From NCBI GenBank assembly GCA_035389045.1, contig DAOORA010000053.1, forward strand, positions 1 through 32,903: 32,903 nucleotides of DNA, written 5' to 3'. The translations under genes were made by a program, and so were the position numbers. Numbering within the stretch: the stretch's first letter is position 1; the number at the start of each line of letters is the position of its first letter. Origin of the DNA: Bacteroidales bacterium. Its GTDB lineage: Bacteria; Bacteroidota; Bacteroidia; Bacteroidales; CAIWKO01. The notes below the pieces were generated by a model that searched no databases, had not been told where the DNA came from, and worked only from the letters and a program-made list of their open reading frames with translations. Of the stretch, positions 10,192 through 19,603 are shown in pieces.

Positions 10192-11187
10192 ATGAACAAC
10201 GTCATCGCAGAAAATATCAGCAAGTGTTATAAAAAAGCCGGATCATCGGGAAATACCCCCTTTGATAAAATCAAAAAAGCCAGGGCACGCAAAAAAGGAC
10301 TGAATACTGCCGCAGACGACATAAAAGCCCTTGACAACGTGTCTTTCCGGGTGGACAGCGGGGAGCTGTTTGGCTTTATCGGACCTGACGGCGCCGGAAA
10401 AACAAGCCTGTTCAGGATACTGGTTTCATTATTGGTTCCAGACTCGGGAAATGCAAAAGTATGCGGATTTGACGTGGTGAAAGATTATAAAAAAATAAGA
10501 AATATTGCCGGATATATGCCCGGAAAGTTTTCACTTTACCACGACCTGACCGTTGAAGAAAACCTGTCGTTTTTTGCAACCATTTTCGACACAAGCATTC
10601 AGAAAAATTATCACCTTGTAAAAGACATTTACAGCCAGATCGAGCCATTCAAAGACCGCCGGGCAGGCGCTTTGTCCGGGGGTATGAAACAAAAACTTGC
10701 TCTCTCATGCGCCATGATCCACAAACCCGAAATTCTTTTCCTTGATGAACCTACAACCGGTGTCGACGCCGTTTCACGCAGGGAGTTCTGGGAAATGCTT
10801 CACAACTTGAAAAAAGCAGGGATCACCATCATTGTTTCAACACCCTACATGGACGAAGCCTCGCTCTGCGACCGCGTAGGGTTGATACAGGCAGGCAACA
10901 TCCTTAACATCGGCACTCCCGCCGAGATTATTTCCGGTTTTGATAAAACAGTGTTTGCCATAAGGACCGGCAACGCACACACCCTGATCAGCGATCTTGA
11001 GGCATCCCCTCTTTGCGAAAGTGTTTACCCTTTCGGACAGTACCTCCACTATATTCCCAAAAACAAGGCAACAACCCCCGCGGAAATTGCTGTCACCGTG
11101 CATGAAAAACATCCTGATGCGGAGATCATCGCAATAAATCCAGATATAGAAGATTGTTTTATTAATCTAATGAAAGAAGCCAGATGA
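10192..11187 (+). CDS. ABC transporter ATP-binding protein
   Basis: Walker A GPDGAGKT, signature LSGGMKQK, Walker B LFLDEPT. Confidence 0.95.
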   Translation: MNNVIAENISKCYKKAGSSGNTPFDKIKKARARKKGLNTAADDIKALDNVSFRVDSGELFGFIGPDGAGKTSLFRILVSLLVPDSGNAKVCGFDVVKDYKKIRNIAGYMPGKFSLYHDLTVEENLSFFATIFDTSIQKNYHLVKDIYSQIEPFKDRRAGALSGGMKQKLALSCAMIHKPEILFLDEPTTGVDAVSRREFWEMLHNLKKAGITIIVSTPYMDEASLCDRVGLIQAGNILNIGTPAEIISGFDKTVFAIRTGNAHTLISDLEASPLCESVYPFGQYLHYIPKNKATTPAEIAVTVHEKHPDAEIIAINPDIEDCFINLMKEAR

Positions 11188-11927
11188 ACGGTACAGAACC
11201 TGTCATAACAGTGAGAAATCTTGTGAAAAAGTTCGGCAGTTTCACCGCTAACGACCACCTGAGTTTTGATGTATATAAAGGAGAGATATTTGGCTTTCTG
11301 GGTGCAAATGGAGCCGGAAAAACCACCGCCATGAAAATCCTTTGCGGGCTTTCCAAACCAACCTCCGGAGAGGCTTCAGTGTCAGGATATGATGTGTATC
11401 ATGAACCTAACAAAATAAAGAATTGCATAGGATATATGAGCCAGAAGTTTTCACTTTACGAAGACCTTACCGTCATGGAAAATATCAGATTCTTTGGAGG
11501 TATTTATGGAATGGACCGAAAAAAAATAAAAACCAAGAGCCGGCAACTAATTGAAAAACTTGGACTGACAGATGCTGCCAATAAACTCATAGCCGACCTT
11601 CCCCTGGGCTGGCGACAGAAACTGGCTTTTTCGGTAGCGCTGGTCCACGATCCGGGTATCGTATTCCTGGATGAGCCTACCAGCGGCGTCGACCCTATCA
11701 CACGCCGACAGTTCTGGTCACTGATCTATGAAGCAGCCAGCCAGGGAATAACAATTTTTCTGACTACTCATTATATGGATGAAGCCGAATATTGCGACCG
11801 CGTTTCTATTATGGTCGACGGACATATTGCGGCATTGGATACGCCAAAAAAATTGAAAGAACATTTTGATGCGGAGACTATGAATGAAGTATTTATAAAG
11901 CTTGCAAGAAAAAATGTAAAAAACTAA
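11184..11927 (+). CDS. ABC transporter ATP-binding protein
   Basis: GANGAGKT, LPLGWRQK, VFLDEPT, TTHYMDEAE; ATGA overlap with the upstream gene. Confidence 0.95.
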   Translation: MNGTEPVITVRNLVKKFGSFTANDHLSFDVYKGEIFGFLGANGAGKTTAMKILCGLSKPTSGEASVSGYDVYHEPNKIKNCIGYMSQKFSLYEDLTVMENIRFFGGIYGMDRKKIKTKSRQLIEKLGLTDAANKLIADLPLGWRQKLAFSVALVHDPGIVFLDEPTSGVDPITRRQFWSLIYEAASQGITIFLTTHYMDEAEYCDRVSIMVDGHIAALDTPKKLKEHFDAETMNEVFIKLARKNVKN

Positions 11928-12092
11928 TCAAAAATAAATAAATAACCGGAAAATATATTTCACAACGTATTAATACATTATTGTCTTTGTTGTTTTTCTA
12001 TCTCGCAAAAACGCAAAGCCGCAAAGGAAATAACTTTAAATGAATAGATACTCAGCAACATACTTTTTACTTTAAACCATTCCCATCCTAAC

Positions 12093-13199
12093 ATGAAACA
12101 TTTCCTCGGGTTTGTAAAAAAAGAATTTCACCATATCTTCCGCGACCGGCGGACACTAATCATTTTGTTCGGTATTCCCATAGCACAAATGCTGCTTTTT
12201 GGATATATTATCACTACGGAAGTCAAGGATGCCCGCATTGCCATTCTTGATCATTCAAAAGACGAAACCACCCGTAAGATCATTGATAAACTGGCTTCAT
12301 CAGGGTATTTTATTATTGCCCGATACCTCAACCATGAACAGGAGATCGGAGTATGTTTCCGGCAGGGAACAGTCAAAGAGGTCGTAGTTTTTGAACCGGA
12401 TTTTGCCAGAAATTTACAAAATGAAAAGACGGCCTCCGTCCACCTGATCGCCGATGCTTCTGATGCAAATTCAGCCAACCTTGTTGTAAACTACACAGCG
12501 GCTGTCATCAACGATTTTATTGCAAAGGAAAATACCTCATCGTCCATACCCCTTCAGATCATTACCGAACCGCGTATGCTTTACAATCCGGAACTCAAAG
12601 GAGTTTATATGTTCGTCCCCGGCACTATGGCCATGATACTCGTACTGATCTGTGCCCTGCTGACTTCGGTAAGTATCGTGCGTGAAAAAGAACTTGGAAC
12701 GATGGAAGTACTTCTTGTTTCGCCGCTAAAGCCATTACAAATAGTTTTAGGTAAGGTGACGCCATACATTTTTCTTTCTTTTGTCAATGTCATCACCATA
12801 TTGTTGCTGAGCAATTTTGTTTTCGGCCTGCCGGTCAGGGGAAGTATAACATTACTACTTGCGGAGAGCTTTCTGTTTATATCGCTGTCATTGTCCCTGG
12901 GCATCCTTATTTCCTCCTCCACAAGCAGCCAGCAGATGGCCATGGTGGCCTCCATGCTGGGTCTAATGCTGCCCTCTATTTTGCTTTCAGGCTTTATCTT
13001 TCCGATCGACAACATGCCCGGATGGATACAATGGATATGTTATATAAATCCAACGACCTATTTTATCATCATATTGAAAAATATCATGCTTAAAGGACTG
13101 GGGTTCATGAGTGTCTGGAAAGAAACAGCTATCCTGGCAGGAATGACATTGTTTTTACTGGTGGTCAGCACAAAAAAATTTAAAGTCCGGCTCGGCTGA
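12093..13199 (+). CDS. ABC-2 type transporter permease (YbhS-like)
   Basis: KKEF.HI.RD.RTL; YNPEL; SIVREKELGTMEVLLVSPL; LSGFIFPIDNMP; multiple TM segments. Confidence 0.93.
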   Translation: MKHFLGFVKKEFHHIFRDRRTLIILFGIPIAQMLLFGYIITTEVKDARIAILDHSKDETTRKIIDKLASSGYFIIARYLNHEQEIGVCFRQGTVKEVVVFEPDFARNLQNEKTASVHLIADASDANSANLVVNYTAAVINDFIAKENTSSSIPLQIITEPRMLYNPELKGVYMFVPGTMAMILVLICALLTSVSIVREKELGTMEVLLVSPLKPLQIVLGKVTPYIFLSFVNVITILLLSNFVFGLPVRGSITLLLAESFLFISLSLSLGILISSSTSSQQMAMVASMLGLMLPSILLSGFIFPIDNMPGWIQWICYINPTTYFIIILKNIMLKGLGFMSVWKETAILAGMTLFLLVVSTKKFKVRLG

Positions 13200-13215
13200 A
13201 AATAACGACATACCA

Positions 13216-14337
13216 ATGAGAACCATACTGTTCATATTGCAAAAAGAATTCATACAGATACGGCGCAACCGGATGATGCTTCCCGTGATTTTTGTCGTTC
13301 CGCTGATACAACTGCTTATTCTGGTCAATGCCGCCAATATGGAAATGAAGCACATCAAAATCTGCATTGTGGACAACGACCTGAGCAGTGCGTCGAGGTT
13401 TATCACAGGAAAATTCAGCAATTCAAAATTTTTTGTCGTACAGGGCCATACATTCAGCATGGAGGACGCCCAACAACAGATAGAAAACGGACGAGCCGAC
13501 ATGGTACTTCATATTCCGGCTGGATTTGAGCGGAACATGATACGCGAAAACAAGGCGAAGGTACAACTGCTCTTTAACGCCATCAACGGCACGGTGGCCG
13601 GGATCAGCAGTGCTTATGCCGCCCAGATCATCGCAGGCGCCAACCGCGAGCTCATCATGGAATGGTATGGCATTTCAAAAACCCATGCCGGATCGGCAAC
13701 AATCAACATCATTCCTTCCTTCTGGTTCAATCCTGATATGAATTATAAGATCTTTATGGTGCCGGCCATTCTTGTGCTGCTGGTTACGCTCATCGGAATG
13801 ATGCTGGCCACACTGAACATTGTCAGAGAAAAAGAAATGGGAAATATTGAGCAGATCAATGTCACACCGATACGAAAAATCCACTTTATTACCGGCAAGC
13901 TGCTTCCTTTCTGGATCATAGCACTGGTGATGCTTGCCATTGGTTTGATTATCGGGAAACTGATATATAACATCCCCATGCTTGGAAGCCTGCCCCTCCT
14001 GTTTGCCGTGGCCGGCATATATCTGCTGACCATGCTTGGTTTCGGGCTGATGATCTCAAACAGCGCTGCCACCCAGCAACAGGCCATGTTCGTTATGTTC
14101 TTTTTTATACTCATTTTTATTATGATGAGCGGCATCTTTACCCCTACCGACAGCATGCCGCAATGGGCACAAACCATCAACTATCTCAATCCCGTATCCT
14201 ATTTCATGCGGATCATCAGGATGATACTGCTTAAAGGCTCCGGTTTCATGGATATACTGAGAGATTTTATCATACTTCTGTGTTATGGCATTATCGTGAT
14301 AACGCTTGCCGTATTCCGTTACCGCAAGGTTTCCTGA
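13216..14337 (+). CDS. ABC-2 type transporter permease (YbhR-like)
   Basis: QKEFIQIRR; WFNP; NIVREKEMGNIEQINVTPI; SGIFTP..SMP.WAQ. Confidence 0.93.
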   Translation: MRTILFILQKEFIQIRRNRMMLPVIFVVPLIQLLILVNAANMEMKHIKICIVDNDLSSASRFITGKFSNSKFFVVQGHTFSMEDAQQQIENGRADMVLHIPAGFERNMIRENKAKVQLLFNAINGTVAGISSAYAAQIIAGANRELIMEWYGISKTHAGSATINIIPSFWFNPDMNYKIFMVPAILVLLVTLIGMMLATLNIVREKEMGNIEQINVTPIRKIHFITGKLLPFWIIALVMLAIGLIIGKLIYNIPMLGSLPLLFAVAGIYLLTMLGFGLMISNSAATQQQAMFVMFFFILIFIMMSGIFTPTDSMPQWAQTINYLNPVSYFMRIIRMILLKGSGFMDILRDFIILLCYGIIVITLAVFRYRKVS

Positions 14338-14415
14338 CAAAGCGCCTGAGATCACCGCAAACAGGACGTTTTAAAAAAAATATTTAAAAATAGTTGCTAA
14401 AATGCAAAGTTGTTG

Positions 14416-14423
14416 TACCTTTG
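14416..14423 (+). promoter_or_regulatory. -7 promoter box of the tRNA gene (TACCTTTG)
   Basis: TAnnTTTG consensus 11 nt upstream of the tRNA 5' end. Confidence 0.75.
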
Positions 14424-14434
14424 CATTCACAAAC

Positions 14435-14506
<72 letters not shown>

Positions 14507-14511
14507 CTTAA

Positions 14512-14553
14512 AAAGGCCTGTAAGCATTGATTTTACAGGCCTTTCATTTTTTT
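14512..14553 (+). terminator. tRNA terminator hairpin (copy carried by element 1)
   Basis: AAAGGCCTGTAA-gcattgatt-TTACAGGCCTTT plus T-run; 14515-14544 is identical to 30621-30650. Confidence 0.85.
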
Positions 14554-14572
14554 GAGTAGCAAAATAGTAGCA
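14554..14572 (+). promoter_or_regulatory. Putative integrase arm-type sites, left end
   Basis: GAGTAGCA (14554) and TAGTAGCA (14565), 11-bp period, mirrored at the right end of element 1. Confidence 0.6.
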
Positions 14573-14623
14573 CAAACTTCTAAAACAAGGTAAAAAACAT
14601 CACTTTTATAGGTTGTAAACTTA

Positions 14624-14941
14624 TTATCCTTGCTTAATTGTTTCTATAATATCCGGTGGAAATAAATCTTGCACACTCTTTTTTTTAGTTTCAAGCACCG
14701 CCTCTCTTATATCGGCCTCAATTCTGGCCTGCTTTGGCAAAATGTACTCTGATAACTCAATGATGAGTTTAAATGCTTTCTCTGGCTCTTTTTTGGCAAT
14801 ACTATCAAGCCACAAAGTAAGGTTATCAAGGTTTTTTTCAATTAACATCTGATATGCCTGCTTAATATCTTTTTTAATTTTATTCTCGGCACCCTTTGGC
14901 TTGCCTTTTGGGTTACCGCTTTGGCCTTTTTGATATTTCAT
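14624..14941 (-). CDS. DUF5681-like / small-terminase-like protein
   Basis: N-terminal KGQSGNPKGKPKGAENK motif from ATG at 14941; ends ...LSEYILPK. Confidence 0.7.
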   Translation of the reverse strand: MKYQKGQSGNPKGKPKGAENKIKKDIKQAYQMLIEKNLDNLTLWLDSIAKKEPEKAFKLIIELSEYILPKQARIEADIREAVLETKKKSVQDLFPPDIIETIKQG

Positions 14942-14981
14942 ATTTTCCTGTATTTTTTCTGTTATTTTCAGAGAAACTGTT

Positions 14982-15236
14982 TTAAAATTCATTCCATGTT
15001 GCACTTAAATCTAATGGCTCACCTTTCTCCATTATAACCGGCTCCACCTTTGGCAAAACAAAAGGCAGTAATTTTAAAACAATTTCTGTTCTTTTTTCTG
15101 GCTCTAATTTTTCAAGTGTTTCCGGTAACAATTCAAGTTCTTTTGAAATAATACTTTTTAGTATTGATCTCAATTCTTTTGTTAATAGGTTTGGAGTGCC
15201 TTGCTCTCGGCCACCTGTTTTTTTACCTTTTGCCAT
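14982..15236 (-). CDS. Small protein paralogous to the DUF5681-like neighbour (small-terminase-like)
   Basis: KGKKTGGREQGTPN..T.ELR...LEPEKR...LLPFVLPK aligns by eye with the adjacent gene. Confidence 0.65.
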   Translation of the reverse strand: MAKGKKTGGREQGTPNLLTKELRSILKSIISKELELLPETLEKLEPEKRTEIVLKLLPFVLPKVEPVIMEKGEPLDLSATWNEF

Positions 15237-15265
15237 AATCTATTTTTATCTGTTTTAGATGAGAG

Positions 15266-16201
15266 TTAAACATAGTATTTCACCGCCTCTTTAACCTTTT
15301 TATCAAGCTCAATGATAACATCACTTTCAGAGGTTTGAATTTTATTTTTACTTGCCTCTTTTATGAGGTTTCTCAAATCAAATGCCTGCTTTTTGGTTAA
15401 TTCACCTTTGGCCTGAGCCTCGGCAATTCTTTTATAAAATTCAAGTTCACCGCCTTGCTCATGGATCAGCAACAAAAGAGCCTGAGTTTTTAATTGTTCT
15501 TTGGTTTTTATCATGCTGTAATCAATTATTTTTGTTTCTCTGAGCTTGTTTATGTTCTTATACTGCTCATACCATCGGTTAATGATATTCATGTAAAATA
15601 TCTCATCATACAACATCTCAGCTCTCAATTCTGGCATATTGAATTGTGAAAGTAACCTGCCTGTAAATCTCATCTCATACCTTACTACATATCTGTTTTG
15701 ATACATCACCGGCACCGGCAAACCTTTATCAATATAATCAGCAACCTTGTTGTAAAAAACTAACTGCTTGTTATTGCCATTGTAATATAAACCTTTATCC
15801 TGTGGCAACCTTTTGAAATATTGCAGAGTGCCTAAGTGATTATAATATACATCTGGCTCAAACCTCATGATAAAATTCTGTGCTAAATCAATTCTGTTAA
15901 TACTTGCCTTGTACATCGGTAAACTCAATAAATCACTCAATTTTTCAAAGGCTCTTTTTGTATCACCTCTGGTTAATGTTTGAAAATTCTCACCAAAATA
16001 CCACTTACATAAACTACTTTCATAAACAGTAACTCTGTTTTTAGATACTTTCACTTTCAAACCATCAATGTAACCGCCTGCATATTTGTTACCATCATGA
16101 GTGCCATATTTCACATTTTGCAATTTGCATGGCACCTCAGCAAGTAAATCAATGTTACCGGCCTGATCTCTGTTTAAAACCATATCTAAATTATCATACA
16201 T
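15266..16201 (-). CDS. Phage/plasmid replication initiator (gene II/X, Rep_trans-like rolling-circle type)
   Basis: MYD start at 16201; SLCKWYFGEN, NRIDLAQN, LVFYNK (candidate catalytic Tyr) and VVRYEMRF motifs. Confidence 0.75.
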   Translation of the reverse strand: MYDNLDMVLNRDQAGNIDLLAEVPCKLQNVKYGTHDGNKYAGGYIDGLKVKVSKNRVTVYESSLCKWYFGENFQTLTRGDTKRAFEKLSDLLSLPMYKASINRIDLAQNFIMRFEPDVYYNHLGTLQYFKRLPQDKGLYYNGNNKQLVFYNKVADYIDKGLPVPVMYQNRYVVRYEMRFTGRLLSQFNMPELRAEMLYDEIFYMNIINRWYEQYKNINKLRETKIIDYSMIKTKEQLKTQALLLLIHEQGGELEFYKRIAEAQAKGELTKKQAFDLRNLIKEASKNKIQTSESDVIIELDKKVKEAVKYYV

Positions 16202-16306
16202 GGTTACTGAATTGGTAACTGAAAACAGGTTAATATAGAAAACAGGCAAAAGAGTGCCGGCACATCACCGGCACCCTGTTCATTTTGGTTACTGAATTGG
16301 TAACTG
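16201..16306. repeat. Candidate replication origin: 21-bp direct repeats flanking a GC-rich hairpin
   Basis: TGGTTACTGAATTGGTAACTG at 16201-16221 and 16286-16306; hairpin GTGCCGG-cacatca-CCGGCAC at 16254-16274. Confidence 0.6.
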
Positions 16307-16738
16307 TTTTGCATTTTTTCTCAGTGTTTCAATTTCATTTTGTAACTCACCATCACACAATAAAAAATACAGGTTTCTTTTGTTGTTTCTCTGGCCTCTG
16401 GCGACAAATATTTCAATTATGGTATAATCCTCACTAAACATCAAAATAATGCCATCAGAGGTGCCATTTACATCACCATAAGCAAAAGGCAAGGTAACAT
16501 CTGGAACAAACACAGAGCTTATATTTTTGCCCTTAGAAATACATTTCTCTGCTTGCCTCTTTACATGGCTGTTAAAGTTTGCCGGCACATCACCATAATA
16601 AAAAAACTGTTCACCTTTTTTGTTGCTCAAAATAATCTCAAAAGGCTCATATTTGCCTGTGGAGGCTGTAATATCAAACCTGTACTTACTTTTGCTCTCT
16701 GGCAAGTGTACACCCTTGTAATAATCGGTTAAAATCAC
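16289..16738 (-). CDS. Hypothetical protein, translationally coupled to xis
   Basis: 149-aa ORF; GTG start overlaps the xis TGA (GTGA at 16735-16738). Confidence 0.7.
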   Translation of the reverse strand: MILTDYYKGVHLPESKSKYRFDITASTGKYEPFEIILSNKKGEQFFYYGDVPANFNSHVKRQAEKCISKGKNISSVFVPDVTLPFAYGDVNGTSDGIILMFSEDYTIIEIFVARGQRNNKRNLYFLLCDGELQNEIETLRKNAKQLPIQ

Positions 16739-17058
16739 CTGGCACCCCCTCTCTGATTAAGTGTTACATAAGTGGAGGCCTGCTCATCAATTTCTGAGGC
16801 CGGTGTGATCCGGTTTCTTAGTAACCATTTTTCAAGCTCGGCACGATCAAAATAAATCATTTTTCCATCTGGCTTGTAATGTGGCACCTTGCCTGAGGCT
16901 GTGAGCTTGTACATGAAACTCTTTTTTTTGCCACTGTAATCACAGGCCTCATCAAAGGTTAAAACTGTTTTTGTTGCTGTGAGTAAGGCCTCAATGTTAA
17001 CGAGCTTCTGCTCAATGTTAACGAGCCTCTGCTCAATACTTATACTTTCATTTACCAT
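16735..17058 (-). CDS. Excisionase / HTH_17 DNA-binding protein
   Basis: KTVLTFDEACDYSG.KKSFMYKLTASGKVPHYKPDGKMIYFDRAELEKWLLRN. Confidence 0.9.
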   Translation of the reverse strand: MVNESISIEQRLVNIEQKLVNIEALLTATKTVLTFDEACDYSGKKKSFMYKLTASGKVPHYKPDGKMIYFDRAELEKWLLRNRITPASEIDEQASTYVTLNQRGGAR

Positions 17059-17249
17059 ATTAGTAATTTTAAAAATTAATAAATATGATTTTGCAAAATC
17101 TGTTATTGTTTAAACATTGACAAATTTCTGCAATAAAAGAAACTAAGGTAAAAAACGGTATTATTACCTATGTGTGTGTGCTTAGAAAATTAAGGCTTTT
17201 GGAGTTGCAAGCGGTATTGCAAGCGGTATTTTTTTACTCAAAAACGGTA

Positions 17250-18419
17250 TTAATCGGCTGAGGTTATAAAGTGAAAATAACCGCTGATTTTGATTTTTTT
17301 TCTATAACTCGGCTTGCTTTGCTGTGAAATATCAATTTTATAACGACTTTCAAAGAAATTGCTATAATCAGAAAAATCTAATTTTTTACCGGTGATCTTT
17401 TTTTTGAAATAACTATTATTATCTAATATCATGATAAATGCAACAAGCTCAATTTTACTTTTTAACCATGTACCCTGCTCATCAAAATACTTACCATCAA
17501 TTAATCTTTGCTCATAATCTAAAAATGTATTGATATTAGTATCTAATATTATCTTTTTTAAAGTTTCTGAAACAAAGAGAGTGCCGGTGCTTTTACTTGC
17601 TGAGGTTGTTTGTTGTTTGTGGTTAGTTAATTCTCTGGTTAATTTTTCAAGCTCAGGTTTTATGATGTTATTAAAACTCATCTCAATTTCATGATTAATT
17701 TCTGAGTGTGTTGGTTTCTTTTCAATTTCTAAAAAATTACTTTTATTTTTTCTCTGATCTAAAACATAATTTAAAATTAAAGCATCATTTTTTTCAATCA
17801 TTTTTTTTGTAACATCTGGCACACCATTAACAAGAGGCATAATACTACAATACTCTCTGATTTTAAGTATTATAAAATCACACTCTTTAATATTTTGCTC
17901 ATCTGAAATTTTATCGGCCTGAGCTATGCAACTATTAACATACAATCTTTTTTTATCATTATTATCAAGTTTCAAGTAATGAAAAATATCAAATATAAAA
18001 TTATTCCTATCACCTTTTTTAATCTCGGTTTCAATATCATGAATTACTTTAATCTGCTTATCAAAAAAACTCTTATTAATATGCCTGTTTATTTTAAAAT
18101 CTATCAATGGTATTTCTGTTTTATCTAAATCAAGCGGTATCTTATTGCCCTGCTCATCATGGCCATAAGTTTGATTTTCATAAATCACCTCACTTTTACC
18201 ATCTGGCCATGTAACATTAATCAACTTGCCATAAACAATGTTTTTATACCACTCAATATACTTGTTAATCACCGTTTCTAATTGCTCAAAAATCTCAGAA
18301 TTGAGCTTATAATGCTCAATAATTATATTCAAATAATAATTAACAAAATCACTCTCATTTAAAGAGAGTGCCTCAAATACAAACCTTTCATAATCTTTGG
18401 TTATTAGTAATTTGCTCAT
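17250..18419 (-). CDS. Hypothetical protein between int and xis
   Basis: 389-aa AT-rich ORF starting 6 nt after the int stop; no recognisable motif. Confidence 0.7.
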   Translation of the reverse strand: MSKLLITKDYERFVFEALSLNESDFVNYYLNIIIEHYKLNSEIFEQLETVINKYIEWYKNIVYGKLINVTWPDGKSEVIYENQTYGHDEQGNKIPLDLDKTEIPLIDFKINRHINKSFFDKQIKVIHDIETEIKKGDRNNFIFDIFHYLKLDNNDKKRLYVNSCIAQADKISDEQNIKECDFIILKIREYCSIMPLVNGVPDVTKKMIEKNDALILNYVLDQRKNKSNFLEIEKKPTHSEINHEIEMSFNNIIKPELEKLTRELTNHKQQTTSASKSTGTLFVSETLKKIILDTNINTFLDYEQRLIDGKYFDEQGTWLKSKIELVAFIMILDNNSYFKKKITGKKLDFSDYSNFFESRYKIDISQQSKPSYRKKIKISGYFHFITSAD

Positions 18420-18425
18420 ATCTTT

Positions 18426-19514
18426 TTATAAATTAATTTCTGGCAACTTGTTTACCGCCTCTTTGCCTCTCTTACCTATGTAATGTAAATATTTATCAGT
18501 GTGTTTAATACTTGCATGGCCTAATAACCCGGACACTGTTTTCACATCGGCACCGGCAACCTCACTATCAAGCAAATTAACCGCAAAACTGTGCCGGCCA
18601 CAATGCCATGTGATATGTTTTTCAATACCGGCATTTTTTACCCACACCCTCAAATCTTTTAAACAGGCTGTATGGCTCGGCAATTTAAAAATTAACTCAT
18701 CTGGCTTGCCTCTCTCACCTATTAGCTTAATAGCTGTATTATTCAATGGTATTGATAAACTTGCACTCTCAGAATTGTTTTTTGTTTTTCTCTGCACAAA
18801 AGAGAGCTTATTATTATGAATATTTTGCCATTTGATTAATCTCACATCACACCATCTCAGGCCAGTATGTAAACAAAATAAAAATGCACGCCTTACATCA
18901 TTATTGCCACAATGAGCCTGAGCAAGTAACTGAATTTCATCAATGGTTAAAACTTGTTTTTTTAACCCCTCATCTTTGGTGTTTATTATGCCTTTGGTAA
19001 AATCTTTTTTCAAAATATTCTCATCATGTGCCTTGCTTATTACTCTTTTGAACTTGGTGAAATAATTACAAATTGTTTCACCATTTACCGCTGTTTGCAA
19101 ATATTCTCTGTATTGCCGGCACAAATCACCATCAATAAACTTTGCATTGATACTACCATCAAAACCTTTGGTTTTTATAAACTCTTTGAAATGATGTAAT
19201 GAATATTTTACAATTCTCTTATCTCTGTGGCTGTAATCATCAGCATACTTGTTATAATATGCAATAAAATCAATGTTCTTTTTAAAGGCCGGTGTGTAAT
19301 TATACTCATCTGCACTCAGTTCAAGCTCTCTGTTTGCTCTAATAGTTTCGGCAAGTTTTAAATTTTCTTTGTTTTTTTCAGCCTCAGCCGGTGTTTTGGC
19401 TCTTACCAAATGTATATTTAAAAATTCATAGTGCCTCTCGCCATTGTGGCAAATGATTAAAAACAGGCTTTTTTTACCGCTTGCACCGTTTCTCTTTTTT
19501 AAAACTACACCCAT
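18426..19514 (-). CDS. Site-specific tyrosine integrase (arm-binding, SAM-like and catalytic domains)
   Basis: TGLRWCD (R), HCGRHSFA (HxxR), LGHASIKHTDKY (H/Y); N-terminal KKSLFL.I...GER.YEFL arm-binding domain. Confidence 0.95.
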   Translation of the reverse strand: MGVVLKKRNGASGKKSLFLIICHNGERHYEFLNIHLVRAKTPAEAEKNKENLKLAETIRANRELELSADEYNYTPAFKKNIDFIAYYNKYADDYSHRDKRIVKYSLHHFKEFIKTKGFDGSINAKFIDGDLCRQYREYLQTAVNGETICNYFTKFKRVISKAHDENILKKDFTKGIINTKDEGLKKQVLTIDEIQLLAQAHCGNNDVRRAFLFCLHTGLRWCDVRLIKWQNIHNNKLSFVQRKTKNNSESASLSIPLNNTAIKLIGERGKPDELIFKLPSHTACLKDLRVWVKNAGIEKHITWHCGRHSFAVNLLDSEVAGADVKTVSGLLGHASIKHTDKYLHYIGKRGKEAVNKLPEINL

Positions 19515-19603
19515 GCTACTAATTTTTTACTTTATTTATACCTTTGTTGCCTTTGATTAACAAAGATAAACATAGTTTTTAAATTAGTAGCATTTTAGTA
19601 GCA
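19514..19603. promoter_or_regulatory. int promoter and putative arm-type sites, right end of element 1
   Basis: Minus-strand TATCTTTG at 19561-19568; TAGTAGCA at 19585 and 19596 (11-bp period); inverted TGCTACTA at 19514-19521. Confidence 0.6.

Noticed and set aside
327..14355. Many short alternative-frame and antisense ORFs over the T9SS and efflux genes, including 5452-5793
   Set aside because: Shadows of well-supported genes; 5452-5793 also runs through a terminator.
15703..16594. 14-15 bp matches to the origin hairpin (ACATCACCGGCACC at 15703, TGCCGGCACATCACC at 16580) as extra iterons
   Set aside because: Both lie in coding sequence, and the element's restricted word usage (frequent CCGGCA and CATCAC) makes such matches likely by chance.
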